A stretch of DNA of 62,108 bases, counting the filler, from Squatina squatina (taxonomy: Eukaryota): assembly GCA_031763465.1 (NCBI GenBank). It is 4 parts of 4 records of this genome, joined end to end, with 100 filler letters (N's around TTAATTAATTAA, not from the genome) between each part and the next. Parts side by side here need not be neighbours in the genome. Positions count along the whole stretch, not along the records: positions 17,245 to 35,420 come from JARFOE010000222.1; positions 35,521 to 47,610 come from JARFOE010010642.1; 2 more parts are not named here. One strand, 5' to 3'. Position numbers and translations under genes: made by a program. Below are positions 27,395 through 40,361 of the stretch, in pieces. The notes beneath the pieces are model-generated. The model had not been told where the DNA came from, ran no database searches, and was given only the letters and a program-made list of their open reading frames with translations. How positions within the stretch are numbered: position 1 is the first letter of the stretch; each line of letters opens with the position of its first letter.

Positions 27395-28482
27395 TGGTGT
27401 ATTTGTCATGCCTGTATAAAAATTTCACCTGTGTCTTATATGCCATGTAGATAATGATTACCAAAGACTGTTCCATGTAGTGCATGGGTTTGCAGATCAT
27501 TAAAGCCTCATGGAGATGTAATTATCAGATTTCAAAGTGGGTGGAAAGAATTAGCTGTATGGGCAGTCTCCATACTGTAGGCCCAGAGAGGGCATCACCA
27601 TGAATTTGACAAATTAATGATGAAAAAAAGGGCGAAGGAACACCAGGTACTGTACAGTTTTCACAGGCACTTAACATTATTAGCTTGAAAGGTAATTGGT
27701 TTTAAATAATCATTCCTTGGCAACAAGCTGTTAACTCAAAATGTTTGAAATTCAGTTCATGGGCTATATACAGCCTCCCAGCCCTAGTAATCTGTCCCTC
27801 TGAGCCCAGGCAAATGATTCTTATTTGCACTAATATTTCTTACTTGCTAATTTGCCCTGCTTGAATTTTATGGTCCTGGGGACTTGGAAAGGCCTGTTGC
27901 TGTTAGCCTGTTAGCACAGTTGCTTCATTGATGGATAAACTCCAATGCAAAGTATTGGTTCCGTGGATTTAAACTTTATATGTTATATGCAGCTTCACAA
28001 TTTGCACTTTGCAGGCAAAAAGCTTGGACATGCCTACTGCATTGCATCTCCATTGTCGCAGTAAGATGTCAGTTATGGTGCTACAATGATACATGGATCA
28101 TCTTTCACTACTTTGTCTTATAATCTTTAACTCAATTCTTAATTGAATATTCATCCAGCTCGTTTTTTTTAAAAAAGAGTTTGATGACATGCTTCTACTT
28201 TAGTTTTATTCATGTCCTCTAGTTCTGCAATTCTAGACTTAGTTAAATAATTTCAAAATTATTGATGTGTTTTGCATTCTTAAACAAATAAATATTAAAT
28301 GCTTTAAGCTACTCCTCATAATTTACAGCTTCAAAACTTACAGCCACCCTTATTTTCTTTATTTAGCAGAATATTCTAAATGATTCCTTACTAATGGATT
28401 AAGTTATACAGGTTATAATAATCTAGCAAAGATGTTTTGCCTGAGATTATATAACCATAAAATCTTAGAGTATATAAGGTTA

Positions 28483-28704
28483 TTTGGTCAGTTGGGTTCA
28501 GCTGTCCTGGCTATGTCCCCTCTCAACCTCTTGCCCACCTCCAGCCAACTAGCTGGAGTTGGAGAGGCAGCCTGGATGCTGTGGAAGCACTGCTCAGCAG
28601 CAGCCAAAACACTGGTGTGTTATCAACACCTTTCTAGCCACTAACGCAAAGCACAGCACTATGAGGGCTGCTATGGAGAAAATTAACTCTGGCTCAGGCA
28701 GACC
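28483..28704 (+). mobile_element. 3' part of an LTR resembling the avian ERV-L TguLTR5/GGLTR5 family
   Basis: TTTGGTCAGTTGGGTTCAGCTGTCCTGGCT..AGCACTGCTCAGCAGCAGCCAAAACACTGGTGTGTTATCAACACCTTTCTAGC..AAAGCACAGCACTATGAGGGCTGCTATGG.GAAAATTAACTC matches my recollection of that bird LTR. Confidence 0.6.
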
Positions 28705-29739
28705 TCCAAAGCCACAGCCAAATTTTTCAAACTGCAAACAGAGCAGAAGCCACATGCACTATAGGTTGATTAAAAGAATCTTGCTTTTCAGAGAAGTTGT
28801 CATACTAATTTACATGTTGTGTACATTTTCAAGGACAGCATGCCAATGCTGCCAACATGTGAAGGAAANNNNNNNNNNNNNNNNNNNNNNNNNNNNNNNN
28901 NNNNNNNNNNNNNNNNNNNNNNNNNNNNNNNNNNNNNNNNNNNNNNNNNNNNNNNNNNNNNNNNNNNNGGTCATTCAGCACTCCAGGTGTGTGTACATTC
29001 TCTCCATTAACTTTTACATTGAGTTTGTGAGTACCATTGTGTTAAGTTTGTAAAAGGGGCACAAATATGAACATCCGAAAATCACGGGCTGGAAAAGACC
29101 ATTAGGCTTGTGCCAGCCTCATGCTGACCACACACTTCTTCCCTACCCCCACAGCCATCTCATCTCCTGGGAAAGGCAAATAAACGGAAGAAAAAAACCA
29201 GGGTCAATGAAGGAAAAATACTCTGGAAAATTTCTCCCTGACCAGGAGATCACATGTCTTATCAAGACACTTACCTTCTATATGATGCCATCTCTATCCC
29301 AGTCAGGAACTGGTCTTGAAGGCATTCACCACAACCAGCCGGCAAGGCTAAATATATATTCAAGCAGATTATGGAAGATTTATAACAGAGGTTGAGTTAT
29401 AACGGATTTAAATTTGTGAAGCGTGAATGTTTGGCAATCGGTGCCAATTGGGAGAGGGAGGTGAATGAGGAGAGTCGCAAAGCAGTCCACCACACTAAAG
29501 TAAAGGGCAGCAACACAATTGCATATTGTAATGTGGCCATTGGCAGTACGGGTTAGATTCCCCCCTTGACTGCCTGGACAGTGTTCCTGACAGATTGACT
29601 CAAATCAATGGAATAAACATCGGGCAGGTTCTAGAAATGGCGGACGACTCGTTTGGCCAGAACTGGAAAATCAACCCCCATATCCTGGATACCCAAGAGT
29701 GAGTTACAGACCGAAATTAGAGCCCGAAGTACCCCAGCA

Positions 29740-30290
29740 CCCACAACCTTTTAGGGGATAGAGTTCCAGATTTCCGTCACCCTTTGTGTGATGAAGTGCT
29801 TCCTGACATCATTCCTGAACGGCCGAGCTCTAATTTTATGCAATGCCCCTTGTCCTGGACTCCCCCACCAAGGAAATAGTTTCTATCTATTTAGTGTATT
29901 GAATCCCTTTATCATCAATCAGATCAGCTTGCAACCGTCTAAACTCAAGGGAATACCAGCCAAGTTTATACAACCTAATCACCATAATTTAACCCTTTAA
30001 ACTTAGGTATTCCGGTAAATCTCTGCTGCACCCTCTCCAAGGCCAGAATATCCTTCCTGAGGTGTGATGCCCAGAACTGAACGCAATACTCCAGATGGGG
30101 TCTGACCAAGGCTCTGTACAAATGAAGCACAACGTCCTCTCCTTTGTATTCCAACCCTCGAGATAAAGGCCAACATTCCAATAGCATTTTTGATGACTTT
30201 GTGTAGCTGTGCACTAGTTTTGTCATTTTTGTACCTCAACACCTGAATCCCTTTGCTCCTTCACAATTTCTAGTCTCTCGCCATTATAAC
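29740..30290 (-). mobile_element. CR1 LINE ORF2 C-terminal fragment
   Basis: GLEYKGEDVVLHLYRALVRPHLEYCVQFWASHLRKDILALERVQQRFT. Confidence 0.92.
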
Positions 30291-32491
30291 CATCGCCTTC
30301 ATGCTGTGGGGCAGAACATCATCTGTGCTATACACTTCTGTAACTTTTGTGCTGATACTTTCAGAAATTTTTCTAATGTGAGGTCTAACCCGACATTATA
30401 GAGTCTTTTTTTTAAAAGAGTCGTCAGTGCTGTTTCATTATACATGCATTTCTGTGATTAGACTTTAAGAATGTATGATCAAGCACAAAATGTTATTGCT
30501 CCATACTTTTCATTAAGTTTTGTGAATCCATTTTAGCAATTGTCAGAGAAAGATTAAACATAAATGGATAGTCTGCTCGCGCTTTCTCCAAAAATAGCAG
30601 CATTTTTTGCTCGTCTCCATTTTGCTAAATTTAGCAGAAGATTCTGCCCCAATGTTTCTTTATTACAAAATATTGACTTGTTGTCAATCTTTTGCAAAAA
30701 ATTACTTTGTTCATGAAAACTGAGGATTTATATTTGCAATATCTATGATTCTAGTGTTTTGAAAGAAAATTCATTTACACTGTACTCCTTAGAGGAAAAG
30801 GAAGATTTGAAAGAGAGCTGGCTGAAAAAGTGATAAAAGGCATGCGGGTACAAGCTGTTGTCAATCAAGATGTTGCACTTGAAAAACTGAAGATTTCAGT
30901 GACAAATTAAATAATATTCTCAATTATAAGTTGGGAAATATGACATAGAGCTGCAATAGCCTAAAGATTGAGGTGAACTAGATCTAGAACCCATAATTTA
31001 TACAGCACATATACAAGTACAGCAATTACTACATAGGTTTGAGGACATTAGTATCTTGTACTAAGAGATCTTATGCTTCTGGAAAGATGAATCAATTCAA
31101 GGTATTGCTTTCAGAACTATGCCAAATAAGCTAACACAAAAATTAGATTTTTATTTGATACAAAATGCTACCATAGTGCAAAAAAATTCAGTCTGCAATC
31201 TCATCAATGCCGAGTAGGAATTCATTGGGGACGGATGGTCTAGCTGGTAAATTCTATTGCTCATTTTCTAATCAGTTGTCTCGGGTCTTCTGAGAACTAT
31301 ATTTCACAATAACTTGCAAATCCATTCTGCTTTTCATATAGCAGTGATGTTACCAATATTACAAAAAACAGGACAGTATGGGTATCACCTTTTCTATTCT
31401 CCCAGAAGAAAAATCTGGATAATTCAATTGGCCCCCTTTCAAAGGGGGAAGCTTCAACCCATCCCAGCCCCCAAAATGTTCTGGCCTCTCATTCCCAGGG
31501 GTTGATAGTCTGACCTCTTCCTGGACACCCGTAAAGCACCATTTCTGTCCCTTTCAGCCAGATATATACTGGGTCTTGACTGAAAGCTTAGGAGTGGGAC
31601 ATCTTGACTCGGGGGATCCCTAACCCTCCTTATGTCAATGGACTTCTAGGGCCGGCCTGAGACTCCGCCTCCACAAGCTCATACAGGAACCTTTGCTTTA
31701 AGGTCAGGATTTGANNNNNNNNNNNNNNNNNNNNNNNNNNNNNNNNNNNNNNNNNNNNNNNNNNNNNNNNNNNNNNNNNNNNNNNNNNNNNNNNNNNNNN
31801 NNNNNNNNNNNNNNCACCATTTAAAAAAAACACCAATTAAACATTATAGGAACTGGGCTACATTCATGGAAAGTTAATCAGCCTCATATACAAAATGTCA
31901 ACTTTTTACAGTCCAATTGGTATCTTAACCTTCTTGTGACTTAATTAATGACACTCAGAGACGACACTTCAAAAAGATCTTTGTTGATGGGGCTGGTTTA
32001 AGGTAAACAGTACTCTGCAGTCAGAAAACTCCTGATTAAGTGGAACATGGAACACCAGTTTAAAATAGCTAAGTGTAAAAAAAGACTGTAATGCACGCTA
32101 TGAAAGAACCCACTCCTGTGAGACATGTCATTCACAATGAGAGGAACCAGTCACTTAATCTATTTATTTTAGACATAGCTATAAAATCTAGCTCTGTGAT
32201 TGCATGTCTATAATCCTTTGGAAGTATTAGGTATATCAGGACTTTAACTGGTTAATCAGTTAAACAGTTGTTATTGTTTGCATGTTTCCAGATTTCATTC
32301 TACAGTTTCTATTTGTTAAAACCAACATTTGCTAATGTGTCCATGTGAAATGATAAATCATTTATGGTGTCCAGAGTGTTTTATAATCCTAAGCAGTTCT
32401 TTAGAGGAGGCAACCGAAGATATTGGTGTAACACTAACATTTTTATTGTCTGCTTGGTCAGATTTATGCCATATTATTATGTACAGAATAT

Positions 32492-33560
32492 TGGCCCAGA
32501 TTTTGTGGCACTGATGAAGGTGTACGAGCCGTCGTAAGTCCTCAGAATGGCCCCGCAAGTTCCGGGTTTCTGCATGCACTGCGCATGCCCGAAAACCCGC
32601 AACTTGCAATCTGTCAAGTTTCTCCTTGACAGATCATCCGCCTGCGCCCCAGAGCTATTTGCCCAACTATTCTCCAGCGAATGACCAGGAAACCCTTACG
32701 CCTGGCAACAGCAGGCATAGGGCCTGTTTTCACCAGCGTAATGGTTACAATAAATGTTAAATTAAAATTTAGAAAATGATTAAAACATACAATAACATTT
32801 AAAATTAATTCATGTAAAATTTGGGCTGGATAAAAATGTTTTATTACATTTCAAAAAATTTAAGGGGCCCAATTAGTACGCAGCACAAAAGTAAATTTGA
32901 GTGGTTTCTGGAATTGTGCATGGCGCCCCGGCGGCGCTAAGGCCTTTTCGGTAAGGACGCCATTGGCGCCAGGATGTCGCACGCCGACCCCACAACGCCA
33001 CCCCGCAACCCCCTTCTGCGTTGCCGGCAAGCCGTGGCCGGAATTGGAACCATTTAAAGGTGCGCGATAGCACGACCGGTCAACATGTTTTTTTCATCGG
33101 CTGATGTTTGGCAACCAATCGGCCGCCATCGACGCTGCCCCCCAACTTGCTGCCCCAGACTCTGTGACCTCAGCCTGCGACCTTCCCCTTTAAGGCAGGG
33201 GGCGGGGCCGCGGCTGTTCCAAGTGCATTGGCCGCGGTAGTGTGGCTCCAGCCACGCTTCCAATGCAAGCCCGAACTGCCAGGGAATTGTTTCATTAGCG
33301 TTGCCACATTGCACTGACCCTGAAATGAGGCTAAGACCCCAATTNNNNNNNNNNNNNNNNNNNNNNNNNNNNNNNNNNNNNNNNNNNNNNNNNNNNNNNN
33401 NNNNNNNNNNNNNNNNNNNNNNNNNNNNNNNNNNNNNNNNNNNNCCCGCAAAATTTAGCGGGAGTTGTTAGCGGTGCTGCACCCAGGTGAAAAGTGAAAA
33501 GGCGCCCCATTAGTGCCAACGGGAGGCACAAACAACCTCAGTTTCTCACCCTTTAATTCT
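32492..33560. mobile_element. Adjacent or nested non-autonomous DNA transposon fragments
   Basis: GGCCCAGATTTTG start (like 13618 GGCCCTGAATTTG), then a GC-rich segment sharing CCCCTTTAA and GGCCGCCATC motifs with 26700-27394. Confidence 0.45.
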
Positions 33561-35149
33561 GGTCAGGAAAACGATTTACACAACGGGAAAAATCAGAATA
33601 TTACTGTTTGCAAGTTGTTCTGAAGCTTAAAGTAGCGGCCAAAGCATGATGCTGGGTAACACAATGGTGCCAGAATGCTGTCCTGAAACAAGGTTATTAA
33701 ACAAAGTAGTTAAGAAACAATTAACCTGCCTCTGACATTCTGTAAAATTTGCAGTAAATTAAAAATGATCAAGAAGATCTGCATATGGCTGAACCCAAGA
33801 TATGTCTACATTTTGGAACTAATCTTTTATCTAACATATTTCTAATTGTTATTGAACAGTATCAACCATCTTGGAAACCTAGCTCCAACCTAGGCAAAGC
33901 TGGGGGTTTTCTGTCTCTGGAGATAAGGGGCTCTAGCTGTATTAACTATGTTTCATGGATAAATTCAGGAAAATTGAGCCCTATTCAAAGAAAGAAAGAC
34001 TTGCATTTTTATAGCACCTTTCACAACCTCGACCTCAGGACATCCAAAAGTGCTTTACCACCAATTAAGTACTTTATGAAGTGTTGTAATGCAGAAAATG
34101 CGACAGCTAATTTGCATACAGCAAGGTCCCACAAACAGCACTGAGATAATGGAAGAAATCGCCTGCTCTTCTTCAAATAGTTCAATGGACTCTTTTGCAT
34201 CCACCTGAGAGGGAAGNNNNNNNNNNTTTTAATTTAAATTTGTCTTGATAGTTTAATTTATGTAAGTAAAAGAAATATGATAAAGTGTCAGTGAAAGTCA
34301 CGTCATTCGCTCTGTCTTAGGAGAGGTTCATCTTTTTTTTTAAAAATTGCTGCCCTTGCAACTATATAATGAGACACTTTGGGATCAAATCTGAATTCCT
34401 GTATGTATCACTTGAATTTCCCATATTCATTTAAATAACCTACTTTATCTTTTATTTATATATTTTTCTATGAAACGATCAAGCAAACTATTTAGAATTC
34501 ATGCAATGAAAAGAAAGGTTGCATTTTTGGCAGGTCCTAAAAGACAAAAATTAATGTTAGCATAAATGGATCTCTGTCGGTTATTTAAAATTAAAAACAG
34601 ATTATGGTCCTCTGCTCCAAATAGATTTTAAAAAGGCTCATATCGCTTTAAAATATTAAACGTTTTGTGTCGAGCATGTATTTCCTGTGCGTCATACTTC
34701 CTAATGTCACGCTTTTGCAGTCAGATCTTTGCCAATGTATTTTTGCTGTAACNNNNNNNNNNNNNNNNNNNNNNNNNNNNNNNNNNNNNNNNNNNNNNNN
34801 NNNNNNNNNNNNNNNNNNNNNNNNNNNNNNNNNNNNNNNNNNNNNNNNNNNNGCCTACAGTTCTGTGAATGTTGCTGTCACTGGACCGTAACTGTCCTCT
34901 TCAGAAATCTTTAGCTAGAGGATACAATTCATGAACCAGTGTTTCCGACGACAGCTATTATTACCCACCAGGCATTCTTTTACACTAAGATATCTGAAAC
35001 AACCTATGATTCTAATATTAAACTAGAGGCGTGATAGAATCCAGAATCCAAATCCAATACACGTGTAATGTGGCATTTAGCATTGCAAACCAGTTGTCTA
35101 CACATGGAGTGGGTCCCTTTCGGTTCCTAGAATTCATTCAAAGAAGTTT

Positions 35150-35405
35150 CTTACAGTTTAATCTATTGCTCTGAGGATCCTGTAACAATCTCAAATGGAT
35201 GTAATTGCTTTTTGAGTTGCTCTTGCTCCTGGAGGTCAAATAGAAGAAAAACTGATGATCAGCCTGACTGATCAATGTAGGCATGACTTGACTAATGGCG
35301 TTACACATGACAGACTGGCTGATGCTAGCAGAATCCCCAGTGAGTACCTGAAACAAGCCAGTGGCATAAAAGTTGTGCACTCTGGTCACTTTCAAAAAAC
35401 TAAAC
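35150..35405 (-). mobile_element. Harbinger (HARBI1-like) transposase fragment, pseudogenised
   Basis: LKVTRVHNFYATGLFQVLTGDSASISQSVMCNAISQV resembles the Harbinger transposase 'L.FYATGSFQ...GD..GISQS....I..V' HTH region. Confidence 0.75.
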
Positions 35406-35464
35406 ATAACAGTAGCAATGNNNNNNNNNNNNNNNNNNNNNNNNNNNNNNNNNNNNNNNNNNNN

Positions 35465-35476
35465 TTAATTAATTAA
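35465..35476. other. Artificial scaffold linker
   Basis: N44-TTAATTAATTAA-N44. Confidence 0.97.
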
Positions 35477-36179
35477 NNNNNNNNNNNNNNNNNNNNNNNN
35501 NNNNNNNNNNNNNNNNNNNNTCCGGGGAAATGTGGTAGTTTTTGAAACAAACAACAGGTCCCTGCTCAGTATATTAATTGTTGCGATCTTCCCTGATATC
35601 TAAGGGCCACAGTTGGTAAAGTGTCTCACAGCCTTACCAGGGGACAGACTCGGGGAAATGGGCGAACCTATAGTCCAGTTGTTTAAAATTTTGGGGGATT
35701 AAATGAATTGATATCAGTCACTATAGAGATGATCCACAAGGAGATATTTTATTTTCTCCCAGCCACATCAGTAGTTCTGTTAATAGGTGTCTGGGGCGGG
35801 GGCGACAGTGTTGTTAAATAGTTGGCGAGGGCAGAAGCTTGTATCAGAGAGCTGCAGGTAACCTCGTCACGGAAGTGATACAGAGGTTACAGAGGTGGAA
35901 AACAGAAAGGCCTGAGTGGATAAATCCCGGGAGCGGTTGAATGAGAGGAACAGGACCAGGTGGTGCCTGGACCCCGAACGTCAGTTGATGGAGGACAGGG
36001 ATAGATTGGCTAAAGATGTAGCGAAGTTAAAAGAAAAGTTGAAGAATCAGGAAAAGGGAGCAAGAATCACCGATGGGAATGACGTCTCCATCCAGTTGGT
36101 TAGGTCGGGGGGAAATTTCGCCAGTGAGGCAGAAGTGCAATATGGAGGCAATGCTTCAACCCCTCAAGTCATTCTCTAA

Positions 36180-39100
36180 GGATCTTTACTTTTATCCTAG
36201 GGGTGGCCGTGCCCTTATCGAGGCAAATGGGGAATGGCAGCGGGAAATATTAATGATTGACACCGGGTCCATGTTTACATTTGCGGATAATTCTGTTCCC
36301 CCATCTACAGTTATGACAATTCAGGTTGGCACTGGTGTCCCGGACCTAGTTCCTATCATGTGATCCAAATGAGGATTACCGTAGTTGTGGGTGGCTGCAG
36401 ACGATTATCTTTACAGAATTCCATGCGAGTTTTACACGGAACACCGACCCTTACACAATTAGGAGCAATTGTTGATCTGGCAAATATGCGGTTGCTGGGA
36501 AACAGAATCAGGAAATGAGCCGGTAACATTGTCAGTGGCTAATGCACTTGTTCCCATTAAGCTGGTTGGTCCAAAATCACAACTGACTCTTCCAACAGAC
36601 TGGAGAACGGAATGAGGACCCTTGTTGGCTGTCTGGGCCCCCACTCCTTGGCTGCCAGACGAATGTAGGTTGAGGTGGTCCCTGAAGGACGGGAAGCCCT
36701 TTCCCAGAGACAGTTCCCCATTTCTCCAAACGCATGAGAGGCAATTATTGAGACTTCACAGGGACTGAGAGACAAAAGCTTGTTTCGATCTTGTATCTCT
36801 TCATGTTTGCCTCCCGCATGGCCTGATCAGATGCCTGACAGGAGACGGCAATTCACGTTGGGTTATGGGGAACTAAAGAAGTGTCCCAGCAGGTGGGATT
36901 GGTGTTTGCAGCTTTGCCTGAACTTGATGGCGCGTTTGGATCCAGAATCACTATGGTTCACATTTCAGGACATTGCTGACGGTTTCTTGTCCCTCCATTT
37001 CCATCCAGACAGTCAGTATCGCACAGCCTTCACTGTGCCTGAAGTGCAGTACTCCTGCGATTGTTCACGGCAGTAAAACAGCTATTTAACCCAATTCCAT
37101 TTAGGGATCGAACCATCCAATATGTGGTCGACTTACTGATCCACTCTCTGTCTGTGGAACAACAAAATATCGAGGTCTGATGTTTGCTCCACATGTTGTG
37201 AGATGAAGATTTGCTGTGGAAACACACCAAAGCGCAGTTGTGCAAACCATGGGTTGTATGTCTGGGCGTTCAATTGCAGATCGAGGGCAAGTCCATTGCG
37301 TGGGATCGGAAAAGCCAACTGTTAAAGTTACCCCTCCTCGCCGACCATAAGGCAGCTTACTCCTCCTTGGGATTCACGGGGTTTATACAGAGTTTGTGCC
37401 CGACTATGCTCGAGTTGTTAAGCTACAACATGTGTCTCACTGCTCCACTGTTAAATGGACGGAGGAGTAAACTGTTGCTCCATCATGTCTAAAACAGCCA
37501 CTCAGCAGTGCACCCAAATTAATCGCCTCAGGCCTGCACAGACCCTTTATGATTTACCCCACGCTTTTTATATGACTATCACAGACATCACCGTACAGAC
37601 TGTGGGAACTCAGGAGCGCCTGGTTGCCCACATGAGCAATGTAGTGCATTCCCCCGAGATTAATTTCAACGCTTGTGAAAAAACCACACTAGATAGTCAT
37701 TGGAGTATTGGCAAAAATGAAATATTTGACTGGGATCAATCAGTTGTGTTGCGCTGCCACCATAATTCTCTGCAATTGATGAGAGGTGCTGATATTCAAT
37801 TGAGTTTTGTTTCCAGTGTGTGGATTCTGTCATGGATGTTCACTCTCCTGTCTGCTAATCATATGTTTGGACGGTTAAAGGAACCTCGCTCCGAGGTTAT
37901 GGGCCTTCTGCTAATGGACGAATCGCATGAACGTGAAGCACTCATGGCCCTTGCAGCAAATCCAGTGTTTGTTCAGGGTCGAGCAGTCGATGCTGACATG
38001 GCCGGGTTATAGATGGTAGTTGTTTTATTTAGGACAGTAGCCCTAACACGGGGTTTGCAGGCACTCTTACTGTGCAGGGTCTGGTCCAGCAGGATTGTGG
38101 ATTGAGAGTTAAAATGGCGGCGCACAGGCTGTGGAATTAATGGCCCTGGTACACATGGTAGACGAAGTCTTCGACACAAATTTAGATATTACAGTAGATG
38201 TAGATTCGGATTACCACTTTAAAGGTGTTCTACTCACATTAGAGCGTTGGACCCATAATAGTTTTATAGCAACTGATGAGTCAGATATTACGTGTATTTA
38301 TGGAAATATTTTAATTGACACAGCCGTTAGCAAAGGTGGAAAAATCTGAAAGGCTAAAGTTGATCACTCGTGAATAAACGGAATCTGGGGTCTTTTCAAC
38401 ATTGGTTTTGAGGTGGTTGATAAGGAAACCAAACAGCTGCTGTCGAGGGTCCATTACAGCAAAAAGAGAATTCAATGGCCTAGAATAAATGGGTCAACAG
38501 TTTTACTCCTGCAAACCAGGTGAGTGTCTGCAGCAGGAGAGTATAATCGGCTCAGGGACAGGCAAAGCTGTTCTGCAGAGATACAGCATCTGTCTGATGG
38601 CCGAGGGAGCCAATGGCAGAGGTGGTGGTGGGGGGGACACAGATCACGCATGATCTGGTCACGTGAAAGGTGGAGGAGGACCAATGAATGAATTGGTTGC
38701 TGAACCTGTTAGCAGACTCCCCAGGCCATGGATAGATGCCTCATTAGTTGGGGGCACCCGAAAGCAGAGGAGGCAGTGTCACGGTTAATAAACTTCGTCA
38801 TGTGGCGCAGATGAGAACGCGATGTGGCGACACATATAGAGATAAATTGTGCACAGCAAGATCCCGCATGTACAATCAAGAGACCATTATTCAGGCAGTC
38901 TCGCAGGAGGCCGTGGGAACGGATTCAGATTGGTTTTGTCGAGCCTGTCCCTGAAGTTGGTGGTGGTGGACGCATTGGCCCGGTGGGAAGAGACATTCCC
39001 CACGGCCAAGTGGAACAGGGCCACAGCTGCTCGAGTATTAGAACCGGAAATAATTGCATGTTGGGGATTGTAACAGGTTATTGACTCAGACAATGGCCAG

Positions 39101-39720
39101 GCATTTGTTGGAAAGTGTTTAACGAGTTCAATTAATTCTTGGGAACCCCATGGCAATTAAATATTCCGCATTATCCCCCGGCTTTGTTCAGGTGGACCGC
39201 TTGGATCAAAGGCTTAAATTTGTGTTGTCAAAAGTATAAGATCGGGCTGGGGGAGATTCATTCAATTTTCTGCCATTCGTAATCATGTGAGTGAGGACCC
39301 AGGTGAATTGAATGATTGGGCTTTCAGCAAATGAGGCATTGTCTGGCTGATCCATGCCAATACAGGAGAACCTGTTTGTACCTATGGACCCGCACCTGAC
39401 TTCCAAAACCGCGATGGAGGAGTGGGGCTCCTCACTCCAGAGGCACCTACATTTGTTTAGTGACATTGTGGGACACAATGATGCTGAGCAGGCAGCTCGC
39501 ATGAAAAAAGGAATTTGATGAGAAGGCTGACAGTCGTGTCTATCAGGCCGGGGATCAGGTTGTGATAATCAGAGACAGGAAGAGGGAAAAATTCCCCAAG
39601 GGAGTTTGAGATGGGCCCTAGAGAGTGATTGACCCGACAGAGAGATTGACAAATTGACTTCCTCTGTGTCATTCCTCCAAATGCATATTGCACATGTCAG
39701 GAACTGGATTGCTGAACAGC
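36180..39720 (+). mobile_element. Decayed endogenous retrovirus-like pol: protease, RT, tether (degenerate RNase H), RNase H, integrase
   Basis: PR LMIDTGS (~36255); RT PAWP..PD..FTLGYGEL, WFTFQDIADGFLSLHFHPDSQYRTAFT, QYVVDLLI (37121), KAQLC..V.CLG, SLGFTGF; tether ERLVAHMS..EINFNACEK..W..VVLRCHHNSLQ; RNase H VIDGSCF (38012), GAQAVELMAL, VDSDY; IN RPWERIQIGFVEPVP, LVVVD..RW.E.FPT, WGL.QVIDSDNGQAF, QVDRLDQRLK, YQAGDQV. Many stops and frameshifts. Confidence 0.88.
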
Positions 39721-40082
39721 AAAAAACTCAGCACCTGTTCAGGGCAACTCGTCAAAAAAACAAATGAAAAATGGTCAATCCAAGGCCAATCTGCTGGGCT
39801 CCCAGCTCCGTCAGGCTGCATGTTCTTTCAGACAGATTTTCAACAGGACGCCTGCAACCAGCTGCCTGACTGCACGAGCATGAATTGGGATAAATTCACG
39901 CTCGGCTTCAATCCACACACCTTCTTGACAAACTGTTCTCATTTTCCCCACGTGTGTAGCGTCGACAATCCCTCCGCGTTCTGTCCTCCGGCTCTCAAAC
40001 CAGCTCTGATTTTAAGTCAATCCCGCCTTCTGCAAAGCTGAAAAGAGATGAGAAGGCACTTGGGATTTGTACAAAAATGGTG

Positions 40083-40168
40083 GGGTTCCTCTGGGATTTG
40101 AACCCGGGACCTCTTGAAATATTAAAGTAATTCCTTATGCGAGAATCTTATCGCAAGACAAATGAACC
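40083..40168 (-). pseudogene. tRNA-Pro pseudogene with a 14-nt insertion in the anticodon loop
   Basis: Minus strand GGTTCATTTGTCTTGCGATAAGATTCTCGC-[21-nt loop]-TCAAGAGGTCCCGGGTTCAAATCCCAGAGGAACCC aligns to vertebrate tRNA-Pro; a T5 terminator follows. Confidence 0.75.
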
Positions 40169-40361
40169 GCTTGAAGGTAAAGCAATTCTGAGAATCACAG
40201 GGATTGATAGTACTGAGCTTGAATTCGCTGATTAGCGCCACCAGTGGATGATCAGAGAGAACGGGAGTGAACAGGAGGCAAAAATGTTGCTTTTTGTGGC
40301 CTGACTCCCTCCATGTGATGGGGAACATCAAAAACTGAAGTGTTTCAACGAATAAAGAGAA

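Noticed and set aside
39688-40041. Cys-containing ORF as retroviral env
   Set aside because: No signal peptide, furin site, fusion peptide or TM segment; too short.
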